NCBI GenBank assembly: GCA_043803105.1
Contig: JAZDKJ010000012.1
Location: 23,337 to 87,336 of the forward strand
Direction of reading: 5' to 3'
From: Candidatus Woesearchaeota archaeon
Lineage (GTDB): Archaea > Nanobdellota > Nanobdellia > Woesearchaeales > JAZDKJ01
Length of the DNA: 64,000 bases
The notes under the pieces are model-generated. The model had not been told where the DNA came from. It searched no databases and saw only the letters and a program-made list of their open reading frames with translations. The translations under genes were made by a program, and so were the position numbers. Shown here one piece after another: positions 16,221 to 26,037 of this stretch. Every line of letters begins with the position of its first letter. The first letter of the stretch is position 1.

Positions 16221-17855
16221 ATGGTTTCAAAAAGGGGTGATTCTTACACTGTTCTTTATTGTGCTGTTGTTGTTTTGGTTGGCTTGATTGTGATTTTTGG
16301 CTTTCGTTCGATTGTTCAGTTGAACCAGAGTGCTCAGGATGTAAAGGTTTTGCAGTTCATTACAAGTTTGGATGAGGATGCACAGACTATGTCTGCTAAG
16401 CTTGGCGCTCTAATGCAATCAACCTACTCTCTTCCTGGTGTGGTTAAGGAAGTTTGTTTTGCTGATTTGTTGGCTTCTCCGGAATCTATTGGAAGCGTTG
16501 ATATTGGGAATTATCCTTTCATCAAGCGTTCTGTCGAATCTGGCTCTGGCAAGAATGTCTTCTTGGTTGGTGACAAGTTTTTTGGTTCGTATTCTGTTCC
16601 TAGCCTTAATTTGGGTGATGGTGTTATGTTTGCTTGCCTGAATGCTGAAGGCAAGGTTTTGTCTGTTGCTTTGAGGGATTCTGCCAAAGGCACTGTGCTT
16701 GTTAAGGGTTGGAGGGTTGAGCGCAATTTATCCTCCTCTGCAAATACTGATATTGTCTCTGCCGATGGATCTGCAACCTTATCTGTTCTTGCTGGCTCCT
16801 CTGCCTCTCCCACCCTCTCTATTGAGGTTATCCCGCATCCAGGCTACAATTTCTTGAGTGAGGCTTACAGGTTCGGCCCTTCTGGGACTGTTTTCACAGA
16901 CCATGTCATTCTGGCTGTAAATTTTGACCCGACCATCTGTCCACCTGGTCCAGATGAGTATGTTTTCAGGCTTTTTGATGACAACAACCAGTTTGTAGAA
17001 GATATCAAATATGATTCTGTTGATTGTGTTAATCATGTTATGACTTTCAAGCTTGACCATTTCAGTTGGGGTGCAATTGCTGCTGTTCAGGAGGCACAAT
17101 ACACTTTCAACGTTGTCATTAACAATGGAGGGACTGTTATGGCCACGGTTGGTGGAAATATAGTCCCTTTACCGCTTACTGCTGACTTCGGAACTGTGGT
17201 TCACCTTGTGGCTGGTCCGAATTTTGTTGGGTGGAGTACCATTCCAGCTGGTGCGCCTTTTAGTTCAGCTAATACTTTCTATCAGACGTTGACTGCGACA
17301 GGTACGATTTACGCCAATTTCCGTGCTAGTCAAACTGTTCAGCCGCAGAAAGGCGAGTGGTATGGCATAATGCAGTCTGCCTACAAGATGGACCAGGATG
17401 TGCAGATAAGGGCTCCTGATGGCACGTGGGCGGCTGCCGGCCAGGGCTTTGGATATGGCTGCCACCCTACTCCGGGAATATGCTCTCCTGACATGGTCTG
17501 GATATATCCCGGTCAGACTTTGTACTTCCTTATAGACATCAATTATTCAAAATCCTGGTCTTGGAATCCAGACTATTGGAAATACTGCGAGGGCAACTAT
17601 GTCACGGTAAATATTTATGATTATAACCAGCGTCACACTGCAGGCTACTATGGCGTCGATTTGATTGCGGTTGACGTTTACGGAAGCGAAATTCCCCTTC
17701 CATACAAGCCTTACTTTGGAAGCGCTGGGAATGGCGTATTCCAGGGGTATATCGGAACATCACAGCACTCCTCCGGAAGGCTGTACATCCTTAAAATCCA
17801 TTCTTTGCTCAATGAACAGGCGCTGCTGAGGGTCAACTGGAGGTGCGGGAGATAA
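16221..17855 (+). CDS. surface protein paralog 2 (same N- and middle modules; distinct C-terminal domain ending LRVNWRCGR)
   Basis: ORF; sequence comparison with 14490..16040. Confidence 0.7.
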   Translation: MVSKRGDSYTVLYCAVVVLVGLIVIFGFRSIVQLNQSAQDVKVLQFITSLDEDAQTMSAKLGALMQSTYSLPGVVKEVCFADLLASPESIGSVDIGNYPFIKRSVESGSGKNVFLVGDKFFGSYSVPSLNLGDGVMFACLNAEGKVLSVALRDSAKGTVLVKGWRVERNLSSSANTDIVSADGSATLSVLAGSSASPTLSIEVIPHPGYNFLSEAYRFGPSGTVFTDHVILAVNFDPTICPPGPDEYVFRLFDDNNQFVEDIKYDSVDCVNHVMTFKLDHFSWGAIAAVQEAQYTFNVVINNGGTVMATVGGNIVPLPLTADFGTVVHLVAGPNFVGWSTIPAGAPFSSANTFYQTLTATGTIYANFRASQTVQPQKGEWYGIMQSAYKMDQDVQIRAPDGTWAAAGQGFGYGCHPTPGICSPDMVWIYPGQTLYFLIDINYSKSWSWNPDYWKYCEGNYVTVNIYDYNQRHTAGYYGVDLIAVDVYGSEIPLPYKPYFGSAGNGVFQGYIGTSQHSSGRLYILKIHSLLNEQALLRVNWRCGR

Positions 17856-18065
17856 ATATCTCCCGGGACAAATATCTTCGATGAAATTTGCGTTTGGTTT
17901 TATTATTGGCAATTTATGCCTCATTTTTCTCTCGAATTCTGCACTGGCTCAGTCCCTTTCTGGCATATTATATTCGAAGTTCTGTCCTCGGCAGGGCCTT
18001 CGTATGAGTTAATCGAAGGTTTTCGAGCGCAAGATATTTAAACGCAATTTCTCCCAACTTAATAA

Positions 18066-19586
18066 ATGGTTTCAAAAAGTGGTGATTCTCATATTCTTCT
18101 TTACGGCGCCCTTGTTGTTGTAGTTGGTTTGATAGTTATTGTTGGTTTTCGTTCGATTGTTCAGTTGAACCAGAGTGCTCAGGATGCAGAGGTTCTGCAG
18201 TTCATAACAAGTTTGGATCAAGATGCACAAACTTTGTCTGCTAAGCTTGGCTCTTTAACGCAATCAACCTACTCTCTTCCTGGTGCGGTCAAGGAAGTTT
18301 GTTTTGCCGATCTAAAGGCCTCTCGAGAATCTATTGGTGGGGTTGCTATTAGGAATTATCCTTTTATTGAGCGTTCTGTTGATTCTGGTGCTGACAAGAA
18401 TGTTTTTTTGGTTGGTGATAATTTCTTTGAATCGTATTCTGTTGCCAGCTTAAACTTAGATGACGGTGTTATGTTCGCCTGCATAAATACCGAAGGTAAG
18501 GTTTTACCTCTTGCCTTAAAAGGCTCTACAAAGGGTACTGTGCTTGTTAAGGATTGGAGGGTTGAGCGTGTTTTGGCTTCTTCTGCGACTACTGATATTG
18601 TTTCTGCTGATGGTTCTGCAACACTGTCTGTTCCTGCTGGTGCGTCTGTCTCTCCCACACTTTCTGTTGAGGTTATCTCTCATCCAGGCTACGATTTCTT
18701 GAGTGAGGCCTATAAGTTTGGTCCATCAGGAACAGTTTTTGATCCGGCTGCAACCCTTTCAATCTCCTTCAATCCCGCTGAGATAACAGTCTGTCCGCCT
18801 GATAGGGCACAATTTGTCTTCAAGCTGTACGATGACAATAATCAATTCATTGAGGACCTTCATTATGATTCTGTTGATTGTGTGAATCATGTTATGGCTT
18901 TTAGGCTTGACCATTTTAGTTGGGGTGGGATTGCTGCTGTCCAGCCTGTGCAGGTTGTTGTTGCTGTGGAAAATTTGCCTAGCGGGGGGAGTGTTACAGC
19001 TAATGGGGTGGCCTGTCCAGCGACGTTATCGGTTCAACCAAACACCGTGGTGTATCTGGTTGCTGCTCCGGCGACTGCTTTTAGTGGGTGGAGTATCGGG
19101 TCAAGCCCAGTGAGAGCAACTGCGAGTTATTATTATACTGCAACCTCAACAGTTATGATCACTGCTAGGTTTGCCCCTAGGGTCGTCTCAGGCCATGGAA
19201 GCGGGACATTCGCCGATCCGTATAAACTAGACACGCTTACGTCTACTGGCTATTCGTATTATACCTCCAGTCCCAAGGCAGAATTCGCCTTGCCTTCCGG
19301 CAAGATATATTATGAGGTTGACCCGTCAGCATATAGTAGTAATAAGAATTTCCAGTTTGTCCTAAAAGGATACAATAACCCTTTCATTAATGGTGTAACA
19401 TTAACTGTTAGGAACAAAGCCACTGGCCAGGATATTTTAACAGAACAATATGTTTCCTCTGGCTGGACTGCAATATATGATAGGACAGATTCGTCTGCCT
19501 TTCCGTTTAGCACATACAAGTTTATTATGGGCATCAGCAACACCGGACCATCTGAACTGGCAGCTGTCTGGTGGTGGGCATACTAA
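18066..19586 (+). CDS. surface protein paralog 3 (conserved N-module; middle module replaced by a divergent B-repeat-like module; distinct C-terminus ending AAVWWWAY)
   Basis: ORF; sequence comparison. Confidence 0.7.
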   Translation: MVSKSGDSHILLYGALVVVVGLIVIVGFRSIVQLNQSAQDAEVLQFITSLDQDAQTLSAKLGSLTQSTYSLPGAVKEVCFADLKASRESIGGVAIRNYPFIERSVDSGADKNVFLVGDNFFESYSVASLNLDDGVMFACINTEGKVLPLALKGSTKGTVLVKDWRVERVLASSATTDIVSADGSATLSVPAGASVSPTLSVEVISHPGYDFLSEAYKFGPSGTVFDPAATLSISFNPAEITVCPPDRAQFVFKLYDDNNQFIEDLHYDSVDCVNHVMAFRLDHFSWGGIAAVQPVQVVVAVENLPSGGSVTANGVACPATLSVQPNTVVYLVAAPATAFSGWSIGSSPVRATASYYYTATSTVMITARFAPRVVSGHGSGTFADPYKLDTLTSTGYSYYTSSPKAEFALPSGKIYYEVDPSAYSSNKNFQFVLKGYNNPFINGVTLTVRNKATGQDILTEQYVSSGWTAIYDRTDSSAFPFSTYKFIMGISNTGPSELAAVWWWAY

Positions 19587-19787
19587 TGAAAAAGCGGGAA
19601 AGGCAAAACGGGATGCTTTTCTGGTAGTCCTCCGTTTTTTTGATATGGCGCATTCTCCGGAAGCAGTTTTTCTTGCTTGTTAATCAAGTCGAACAGTTTA
19701 GCGAGTTCTTCATCAAGGCCCTTCATATGATTTGATTGATAGTTTTCCGACGAAAGATATTTAAGCGCAATTTCTCCCAATCATTGT

Positions 19788-21359
19788 ATGACATTAAAAA
19801 GGGGCGATTCTCATACTGTTTTTTATGGTGCTCTTGTTGTTGTGGTTGGCTTGATTGTGATTTTTGGCTTTCGTTCAATTGCTCAGATGAGCCGGAGTGC
19901 TCAGGATGCAAAGGTTCTCCAGTTCATTACAAGTTTGGATGAGGATGCACAGACTATGTCTTCTAAGGTTGGCTCTCTAACTCAATCAACCTACTCTCTT
20001 CCCGGTGCTGTTAACGAAGTTTGTTTTGTTGATTTGCATGCTTCACCTGAAAGTATTGGTAGTGCTCTTATCGGGAAATACCCTTTTATTGAGCGTTCTG
20101 TTGATTCTGGTTCTGGCAAGAATGTTTTTCTGTTAGGTGACAAGTTTTTGGAATCATATTCTATTCCCAACCTCAACCTGGACGATAATATTATGTTCGC
20201 TTGCGTGAATCCTGAGGCTAAGGTTTTATCTCTTGACCTTAAGGGTTCTGCTAAAGGTGCTGTGCTTGTTAAGGATTGGAGGGTTGAGCGCGCTTTGGCT
20301 TCTTTGGCAACTACTGATATTGTCTCTGCCGATGGATCTGCAACCTTATCTGTTCCTGCTGGCTCCTCTGCCTCTCCCATGCTCTCTATTGAGGTCATTG
20401 CTCATCCGGGTCAGGATTTTTTGAGTGAGGCGTACAGGTTTGGTCCTTCTGGTGCTGTTTTCAGCCAGCCCGTCACCCTTTCAGTCAGTTTTGACTCAGC
20501 TGTCTGCCCGCCAGCTAGGGATGAGTATATTTTCAAGCTTTTTGACGATAACAATCAGCTTATTGAAGACTTGCAGTATGATTCTGTTGATTGTGTGAAT
20601 CATGTTATGACTTTCAGGCTTGATCATTTTAGTTGGGGAGGCATTGCTGCTGTCCAGACTCCGGTTTCTGCCGCTCAGGTGGCGATAAACACTCTCAACG
20701 TTGTCATTAACAATGGTGGGGTTGTTATGGCCGCGGTTGGTGGAAATGCAGTTGATTTGCCGTACACTGGTGACTTCGGAACTGTGGTTCACCTTGTGGC
20801 TGGTCCAAGTTTTGTTGGGTGGAGTAACAGTCCAGCTGGTGCGCCTTTTAGTTCAGCTAACTCTCTCTATCAGACGTTGACTTCGACAGGTACGATTTAT
20901 GCCAATTTCCGTGCTAGTGGTCTTACGGGCACGTGGGCTAGTGTCTTGGCTACTGGCTATAAAGACAATACCCGCTTTACCAGGGGCGGCATTCCGATAG
21001 GTGGATGGGGATATTATTTAGATGCGACCCCATCTCAAGTCCCTGTTGCGGCGGGTGGAACGATATACTTTGTCATTGATCCCAATGCATACACTGGACT
21101 GGACTGGACAGGGAGAGCGATTCGTGTCCGCGCAGTTGATTATGACCAGACCAATTCCGGTTCGTCCATCGAGAAGCAGACAAACGCCCGTTTGATTACT
21201 GTAGACAGAGATGGTAATGAGTTATCTGCCCAAACTTTGGCAGGTGATAGGTATCAGTTTTCAGGGACAGTCTATTACACCAGACCTAGCAAGATTTACA
21301 TCATCGAAGTGACACAGGGGGATTTGAGAGGAGCTTATTTTTCTTCTTGGTGGCCGTAA
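19788..21359 (+). CDS. surface protein paralog 4 (C-terminus related to paralog 1, ending GDLRGAYFSSWWP)
   Basis: ORF; shares the 3' flank (AAAGAACGGCGGACAGCAGTTGAC...) with paralog 1. Confidence 0.7.
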   Translation: MTLKRGDSHTVFYGALVVVVGLIVIFGFRSIAQMSRSAQDAKVLQFITSLDEDAQTMSSKVGSLTQSTYSLPGAVNEVCFVDLHASPESIGSALIGKYPFIERSVDSGSGKNVFLLGDKFLESYSIPNLNLDDNIMFACVNPEAKVLSLDLKGSAKGAVLVKDWRVERALASLATTDIVSADGSATLSVPAGSSASPMLSIEVIAHPGQDFLSEAYRFGPSGAVFSQPVTLSVSFDSAVCPPARDEYIFKLFDDNNQLIEDLQYDSVDCVNHVMTFRLDHFSWGGIAAVQTPVSAAQVAINTLNVVINNGGVVMAAVGGNAVDLPYTGDFGTVVHLVAGPSFVGWSNSPAGAPFSSANSLYQTLTSTGTIYANFRASGLTGTWASVLATGYKDNTRFTRGGIPIGGWGYYLDATPSQVPVAAGGTIYFVIDPNAYTGLDWTGRAIRVRAVDYDQTNSGSSIEKQTNARLITVDRDGNELSAQTLAGDRYQFSGTVYYTRPSKIYIIEVTQGDLRGAYFSSWWP

Positions 21360-21680
21360 AAAGAACGGCGGACAGCAGTTGACAAATTAAAATTAACGAG
21401 GGCAGATTTCCCAAACACAATTTTTTACCATTTCTGGAAATTTATATTCGAAGTTCTGTCCTCAAAAGGTCCTTTAATTCACTGTACTGATTCAGAGCCA
21501 GACCCTTTTTGTTTAGCATTAGCCAACCGGTGATAACTGAAGTATTTTGGATTATGATTGGTATAGATTGACGTGCACATTGAACAGTTAACTTTTTAAA
21601 CCTCCTGATATTCTCCGTTTTCATTACCGAAGCTGCTGAGGTGAAAAACAAGCAGGTCACTTCTGGTTTGTTCGGTAAGG

Positions 21681-22286
21681 TTGAATATGGCTGACGAGAA
21701 ACTATTGGTTGCCCAGGAAGTTTACCTGAAGTCAGGGATACATATAGGTACCAAGTTCCGCACAAAGTATATGGAGCAGTTCATCTACAAGACAAGGCCT
21801 GACGGCCTTTCTGTTCTAAACCTTCAGAAGATTGATGAGCGCATCAAGCTTGCTGCTAACCTGCTTTCAACTTATGATCCAAAAGATATCTTGATCGTTA
21901 GCCGCAGGGAGAACGGTTGGAAGGCTTCCAAGATGTTTGGTGTTGCAACATCTGCTAAGGTGCTTGCAGGCAGGTATCCCCCGGGAATACTTACTAATCC
22001 TGAGCTAAAGGAATATACTGAGCCAAAGATTATCATGGTTACAGATGCTTGGCCTGATAGGAATGCTGTTCAGGATGCAATACTTATTGGAGTTCCGATA
22101 ATAGCTTTATGTGACACGAATAATCAATCAAATAACATTGACCTTGTTGTTCCCTGCAACAACAAAGGGAAAAAGAGCCTTGGATTGCTCTTTTACATAC
22201 TTGCAAAAGAATTCTTGGTCATGAAGGGTCTGTTGAAGTCTGATGAGGAATTCAAATACTCGCTTGATGACTTTAGCGAGGAATGA
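21681..22286 (+). CDS. rps2: 30S ribosomal protein S2 (uS2)
   Basis: LVAQEVYLKSGIHIGTKFRTKYMEQFIYKTRPDGLSVLNLQKIDERIKLAA matches archaeal S2. Confidence 0.85.
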   Translation: MNMADEKLLVAQEVYLKSGIHIGTKFRTKYMEQFIYKTRPDGLSVLNLQKIDERIKLAANLLSTYDPKDILIVSRRENGWKASKMFGVATSAKVLAGRYPPGILTNPELKEYTEPKIIMVTDAWPDRNAVQDAILIGVPIIALCDTNNQSNNIDLVVPCNNKGKKSLGLLFYILAKEFLVMKGLLKSDEEFKYSLDDFSEE

Positions 22287-22947
22287 TTTCTATTCCACTG
22301 GCAGTTATCTTGTAGTCAATAATCTTTTCGCCTATTGACCTGTGTTTCTTTAATATCAACTTATGCACATTCTTGAAGTTCTGCAGTTCAATTACACATT
22401 TGCTTGCATAGTTTAGTATGTCTCCACCAACGATTTTGATGTCATTTCCTCCGTTCATAGGTGAATATACCTGGCTTGTCAGGATAACCGGTATGTTTTT
22501 TTTGCGAGCAAGGTCTGAGAGGTTTGATATTTGTAGCCCTAGGTCTCGATTCAGCTCATAAGAGTCAAATTTATTTCTCTGCACTCTGTAAAGCATCACT
22601 ATTGTGTCCACTATCACCAGGCCTATATTATCAAAATTCAATTTCTTGATTTCCAATAAGACTTTTTTCTGCTCCTCGAATGAAGCTGGCTTGAATATCA
22701 TCATGTTTTCCAGGATTTTTTCGTGGTCAGGTGATATCTGCTTGAGTCTTTCTATGGAAAAGCTACTCTCTGTGTCTACAAATATGACCTTTTTTCCCAT
22801 CCTGCTGGCTGACACTGCGCACAGAAGACAAAGGTTTGACTTTCCAGATCCGGCAGGCCCGTATATTGTTGTGATTATCTCTTTCTCATAACCTCCTTCA
22901 AGCGCCTTGTCAAGCTCCTCATTCCCAGTGGTTATCTTTTCTTCCAT
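22273..22947 (-). CDS. radB: DNA repair protein RadB (RecA-superfamily ATPase)
   Basis: Walker A GPAGSGKSN, KaiC/RadB-like core, about 220 aa. Confidence 0.8.
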   Translation of the reverse strand: MEEKITTGNEELDKALEGGYEKEIITTIYGPAGSGKSNLCLLCAVSASRMGKKVIFVDTESSFSIERLKQISPDHEKILENMMIFKPASFEEQKKVLLEIKKLNFDNIGLVIVDTIVMLYRVQRNKFDSYELNRDLGLQISNLSDLARKKNIPVILTSQVYSPMNGGNDIKIVGGDILNYASKCVIELQNFKNVHKLILKKHRSIGEKIIDYKITASGIEIIPR

Positions 22948-23059
22948 TTGTATGCCAGAACCTTTTGTGCTTATAAAAAAGTTTGGAAAATGACCGGTTC
23001 TGTAATTATTTAGTTGAAATGAAACATTAGAATTGTTATTGTAGAACTCCTATTATAGT

Positions 23060-23572
23060 TCATTTGAACTTTGCCGAGACTCCTTCATAAGCTTCAAACG
23101 CTTTGAATGCTAGCGTTCTCAACAATGGGAATGTGTTGACTTTTGTTAGCCCTACCTTTGTGACCCACTTATAATTTGTTAGTTCCTCCTTTTGTAAACT
23201 AATCTTTTCTGGGTTTAGTGCAACAGCGACATAGTCGATCATGAGTTCCCTTTTCTTGATTGATGAGTGCATAGAAAAAGGAATCGGTTCTGGTCTTAAA
23301 TTCTTTTTTACGAAAACATTTGTAATACCACAATCCACAATTTTGACTTCTAGGTTAGTTTCTTCTCTGATTTCCCTTGTCAATGCCTCAGAAGGTAACT
23401 CCCCCGATTCAACATGTCCTCCGACATGCAACCATTTCTTTAATTTCTTATGAAAAACCATCAACAACTTGTTCTTATAGAAAATGAAAGCAGTCACGGT
23501 GGTTCTCATGAAAATCGTTGGCCTCCTGAACCTTAAATAGTTTTTGGAAAACATTAAATACTCCCCTTCCAA
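23060..23572 (-). CDS. NUDIX hydrolase
   Basis: Nudix box GGHVESGELPSEALTREIREETNLEV. Confidence 0.75.
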   Translation of the reverse strand: MEGEYLMFSKNYLRFRRPTIFMRTTVTAFIFYKNKLLMVFHKKLKKWLHVGGHVESGELPSEALTREIREETNLEVKIVDCGITNVFVKKNLRPEPIPFSMHSSIKKRELMIDYVAVALNPEKISLQKEELTNYKWVTKVGLTKVNTFPLLRTLAFKAFEAYEGVSAKFK

Positions 23573-23582
23573 AATCTTTCAG

Positions 23583-24503
23583 ATGCAAAAAAGGGGTCAG
23601 ATAACCATTATTCTGGTTCTAGTCGTTTTCATCGTCATCATCCTCTCTATTGTCATTTACCTGAATTCAGTCAAGAGTCAGAGGGGCATTGAGACCTCAA
23701 CCTACAAGGCAGTTGGCTCGCCGCTTGATGCAACTCCCATAAAGTTATATCTGGATTCTGTGTTCGCCCAGACTGTGGAGCACTCCCTTGCCACAATCGG
23801 AGTCAATGGTGGCTACATCAGCATTAACGTTAATGAATCATATAATGAGACAGGCTTCCCAGATTATGTCATCTACGAAGGTAGCAAGATTCCTTACTAC
23901 ACTAGGGATTGGGATTTGAGTGGTAGCGTGACACCGAATGAGGTACGTTTTCTTCCGCTTCAGAATATCACTGACAGGTTGAGGCGTTATGTGCTTTTTT
24001 GGGTTGGAAACCAGTCCAATTTCTCTTTTTTCAGGGAGCACAGCTACATCGTTTATGCACCAAATATTTCCTTTCAGGCAATCTCCTATAATCTTACCAA
24101 GGCAAGCCTTAGCTATACAAAAGCTAGACTCAATCTTTCAGTAAACGCGAATGATGAGGATGTTGCCTTTATGCTTTCTTACCCTATTATAGTCTTAAAA
24201 CGGGAGGGCTCTACCGAACTGGTTGACTTCACAGACATTGTTCCTTATCCTTTGAAGGATGTTTACCAGAATATCAGCTTCCTGTTGAACGAGATAGTTT
24301 CGGAACAACCCCTACCTTACGACCTTGCAGCTAATTGCAACAAGTACACTGCTGTTAATGACATAAGGCTCACTGACCTTGGGGCAAGCGGGCTCATTGT
24401 TAACTTTTCCAGGATCATATCTCCGGATTACAATTACACCTTTAGGTTTGGGCTCCGGGATGTTTCAGTTACAGGCGAGTGCAGAAGCATCCGCACATCC
24501 TAA
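23583..24503 (+). CDS. secreted, sequon-rich (N-x-S/T) probable glycoprotein with archaeal pilin-like signal MQKRG-QITIILVLVVFIVIIL
   Basis: KRG-Q class III-like motif; at least 8 N-x-S/T sequons (NVNESYNETGF, NQSNFSF, NLTK, NLSV, NISF, NFSR, NYTF). Confidence 0.55.
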   Translation: MQKRGQITIILVLVVFIVIILSIVIYLNSVKSQRGIETSTYKAVGSPLDATPIKLYLDSVFAQTVEHSLATIGVNGGYISINVNESYNETGFPDYVIYEGSKIPYYTRDWDLSGSVTPNEVRFLPLQNITDRLRRYVLFWVGNQSNFSFFREHSYIVYAPNISFQAISYNLTKASLSYTKARLNLSVNANDEDVAFMLSYPIIVLKREGSTELVDFTDIVPYPLKDVYQNISFLLNEIVSEQPLPYDLAANCNKYTAVNDIRLTDLGASGLIVNFSRIISPDYNYTFRFGLRDVSVTGECRSIRTS

Positions 24504-24537
24504 ATGTTTATATATTCTCTTCTTATCTTTTCTTCCA

Positions 24538-26037
24538 ATGAAAAGGACTTACCTGGTGCTAGCTTTGATTTTCGCTTTTTCTGTAGCCCTCAGGCTTTTC
24601 TTTGCTTTGAGTGTGCAAAACTTCAGCGATAATGAGGCATATTTTGTTCTTCGCCAGGTTGAGAGCATCAGGCAGACAGGTCTGCCCTTGTATCATGATC
24701 CGCTGAGCTATGATGGTAAGCAGCAGATTTTTCTTCCGCTCTATTATTATTCCCTTTCCATCTTCAGTTTTTTCCTGCCTGTACAGCTCGTGCTAAAGAT
24801 TATTCCCAATCTCTTTGCGTCCTGTCTTGTTTTCGTGGTCTATGCCATAACCTTACACATCACTCGCAACCCTGCCGCTAGTTTATGGGCTGCTTCGGTC
24901 TCGGCAGTTATCCCGGTGTTCACAAGCCTTACAGCAAATTCTGCATCAATATACACATTTGTTGTGCCATTGTTGTTTCTAATCTTGTATTTTTTCATGC
25001 GTGCTGCCCAGGAAAAGGCTTTTGTATGGTTTTTTGTTATCAGTTTTTTTACCCTTGCCTTCACAAGCGCGATTGCGGCCCTTGTCGCATTGGGTTTTGT
25101 GTTCTATCTGTTGATCGCAAAACTTGAGGGTTTGCGCACCACCAAGGCAGAACTGGAGGTCACCATTTTTTCAGTGCTTTTCATTCTTTGGTTGTATGTT
25201 TTGGTTTTCAAGAAAATTTTGTTGACATACGGTGCCTCTGTACTTTTCCAGAACATTCCCTCTGCTCTTATGTCACAGTATTTCCGAAATATCACAATTG
25301 TTGGTGCTGTCAATCAGGTAGGTCTTTTGCCATTGTTCGTTGGGACAGTCATGCTCTACCACTATCTCTTCCGGATAAAGAGCAAGTCCATCTATATGCT
25401 TATAGGGTTTACCTTTGCTGTCTTCCTGCTCTTATGGCTGAAGGTTTTATCTTTCGGCGGTGGCCTAATGGTGCTTGGCTCTGCCTTCACAATCCTTTTT
25501 GGCAAGTCCTTGGCATCCTTCCTTGACTACATCGAGAAGACCAATCTTCTTCGCTTCAAGATGTATTTTGCAGCTGGTGCTGTGATCTTGTTGGTTGCAT
25601 CCTCTTTAGGTCCTACCCTGTTCTATTATAACCAAGAGTCTAAGAAGGCTTTCAATGCAGATGAAATAGATGCACTCCAGTGGTTGGCAAACAATAGTGA
25701 GCCACAATCTGTTGTGCTCTCAACCTTGCAGGAGGGTAATCTTGTCACAGGCATTGCTCATAGGGCAGACGTGATGGACCAGAATTTCTTGCTTGTGCCC
25801 AACATTGACCAGCGCCTGTCAGACCTCGATACAATTTTTTCTACCTCCTCGGAAATCGAAGCTGTCGATCTTCTCACAAAGTTCCATGTTGATTACATTT
25901 TTTTTTCTGACTATGCTAAGCTGAAGTACAAGAGGACTTCCCTTGGTTACACAGATGATTTCAACTGTTTTCAATTGGTGTACGATAAGCAGGTCCAGAT
26001 TTATCGTACAAGGTGTAAACTGGAGACTATAACATGA
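24538..26037 (+). CDS. multi-TM GT-C-fold glycosyltransferase-like protein (STT3/PMT/ArnT-like; degenerate C-terminal motif)
   Basis: About 11 TM helices; first-loop motif DNEAYFVLRQVESIRQTGLPLY; C-terminal VVLSTLQEGNLVTGIAHRADVMD aligns to the STT3 WWDYG region without the WWD residues. Confidence 0.45.
   Translation: MKRTYLVLALIFAFSVALRLFFALSVQNFSDNEAYFVLRQVESIRQTGLPLYHDPLSYDGKQQIFLPLYYYSLSIFSFFLPVQLVLKIIPNLFASCLVFVVYAITLHITRNPAASLWAASVSAVIPVFTSLTANSASIYTFVVPLLFLILYFFMRAAQEKAFVWFFVISFFTLAFTSAIAALVALGFVFYLLIAKLEGLRTTKAELEVTIFSVLFILWLYVLVFKKILLTYGASVLFQNIPSALMSQYFRNITIVGAVNQVGLLPLFVGTVMLYHYLFRIKSKSIYMLIGFTFAVFLLLWLKVLSFGGGLMVLGSAFTILFGKSLASFLDYIEKTNLLRFKMYFAAGAVILLVASSLGPTLFYYNQESKKAFNADEIDALQWLANNSEPQSVVLSTLQEGNLVTGIAHRADVMDQNFLLVPNIDQRLSDLDTIFSTSSEIEAVDLLTKFHVDYIFFSDYAKLKYKRTSLGYTDDFNCFQLVYDKQVQIYRTRCKLETIT

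Noticed and set aside
14693-20398. Minus-strand ORFs of about 100 aa recurring inside each surface-protein paralog (14693..14995, 16511..16813, 18356..18658, 19991..20398)
   Set aside because: They are conserved only because the sense-strand coding sequence is duplicated. They are Ser/Thr/Pro-rich and low complexity with no start-site signals, so they are antisense artefacts.
14390-21470. CRISPR array or insertion-sequence explanation for the 1.7-kb tandem repeats
   Set aside because: The repeat units are whole genes of 1.5-1.8 kb with a divergent interior, not 25-40-bp repeats with unique spacers. No transposase, inverted terminal repeats or target-site duplications were seen.
22947-23060. 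Possible small RNA or repeat in the AT-rich spacer between radB and the NUDIX gene
   Set aside because: There is no secondary-structure or repeat signal. It is most simply a promoter-bearing spacer (TATA-like runs) for radB.
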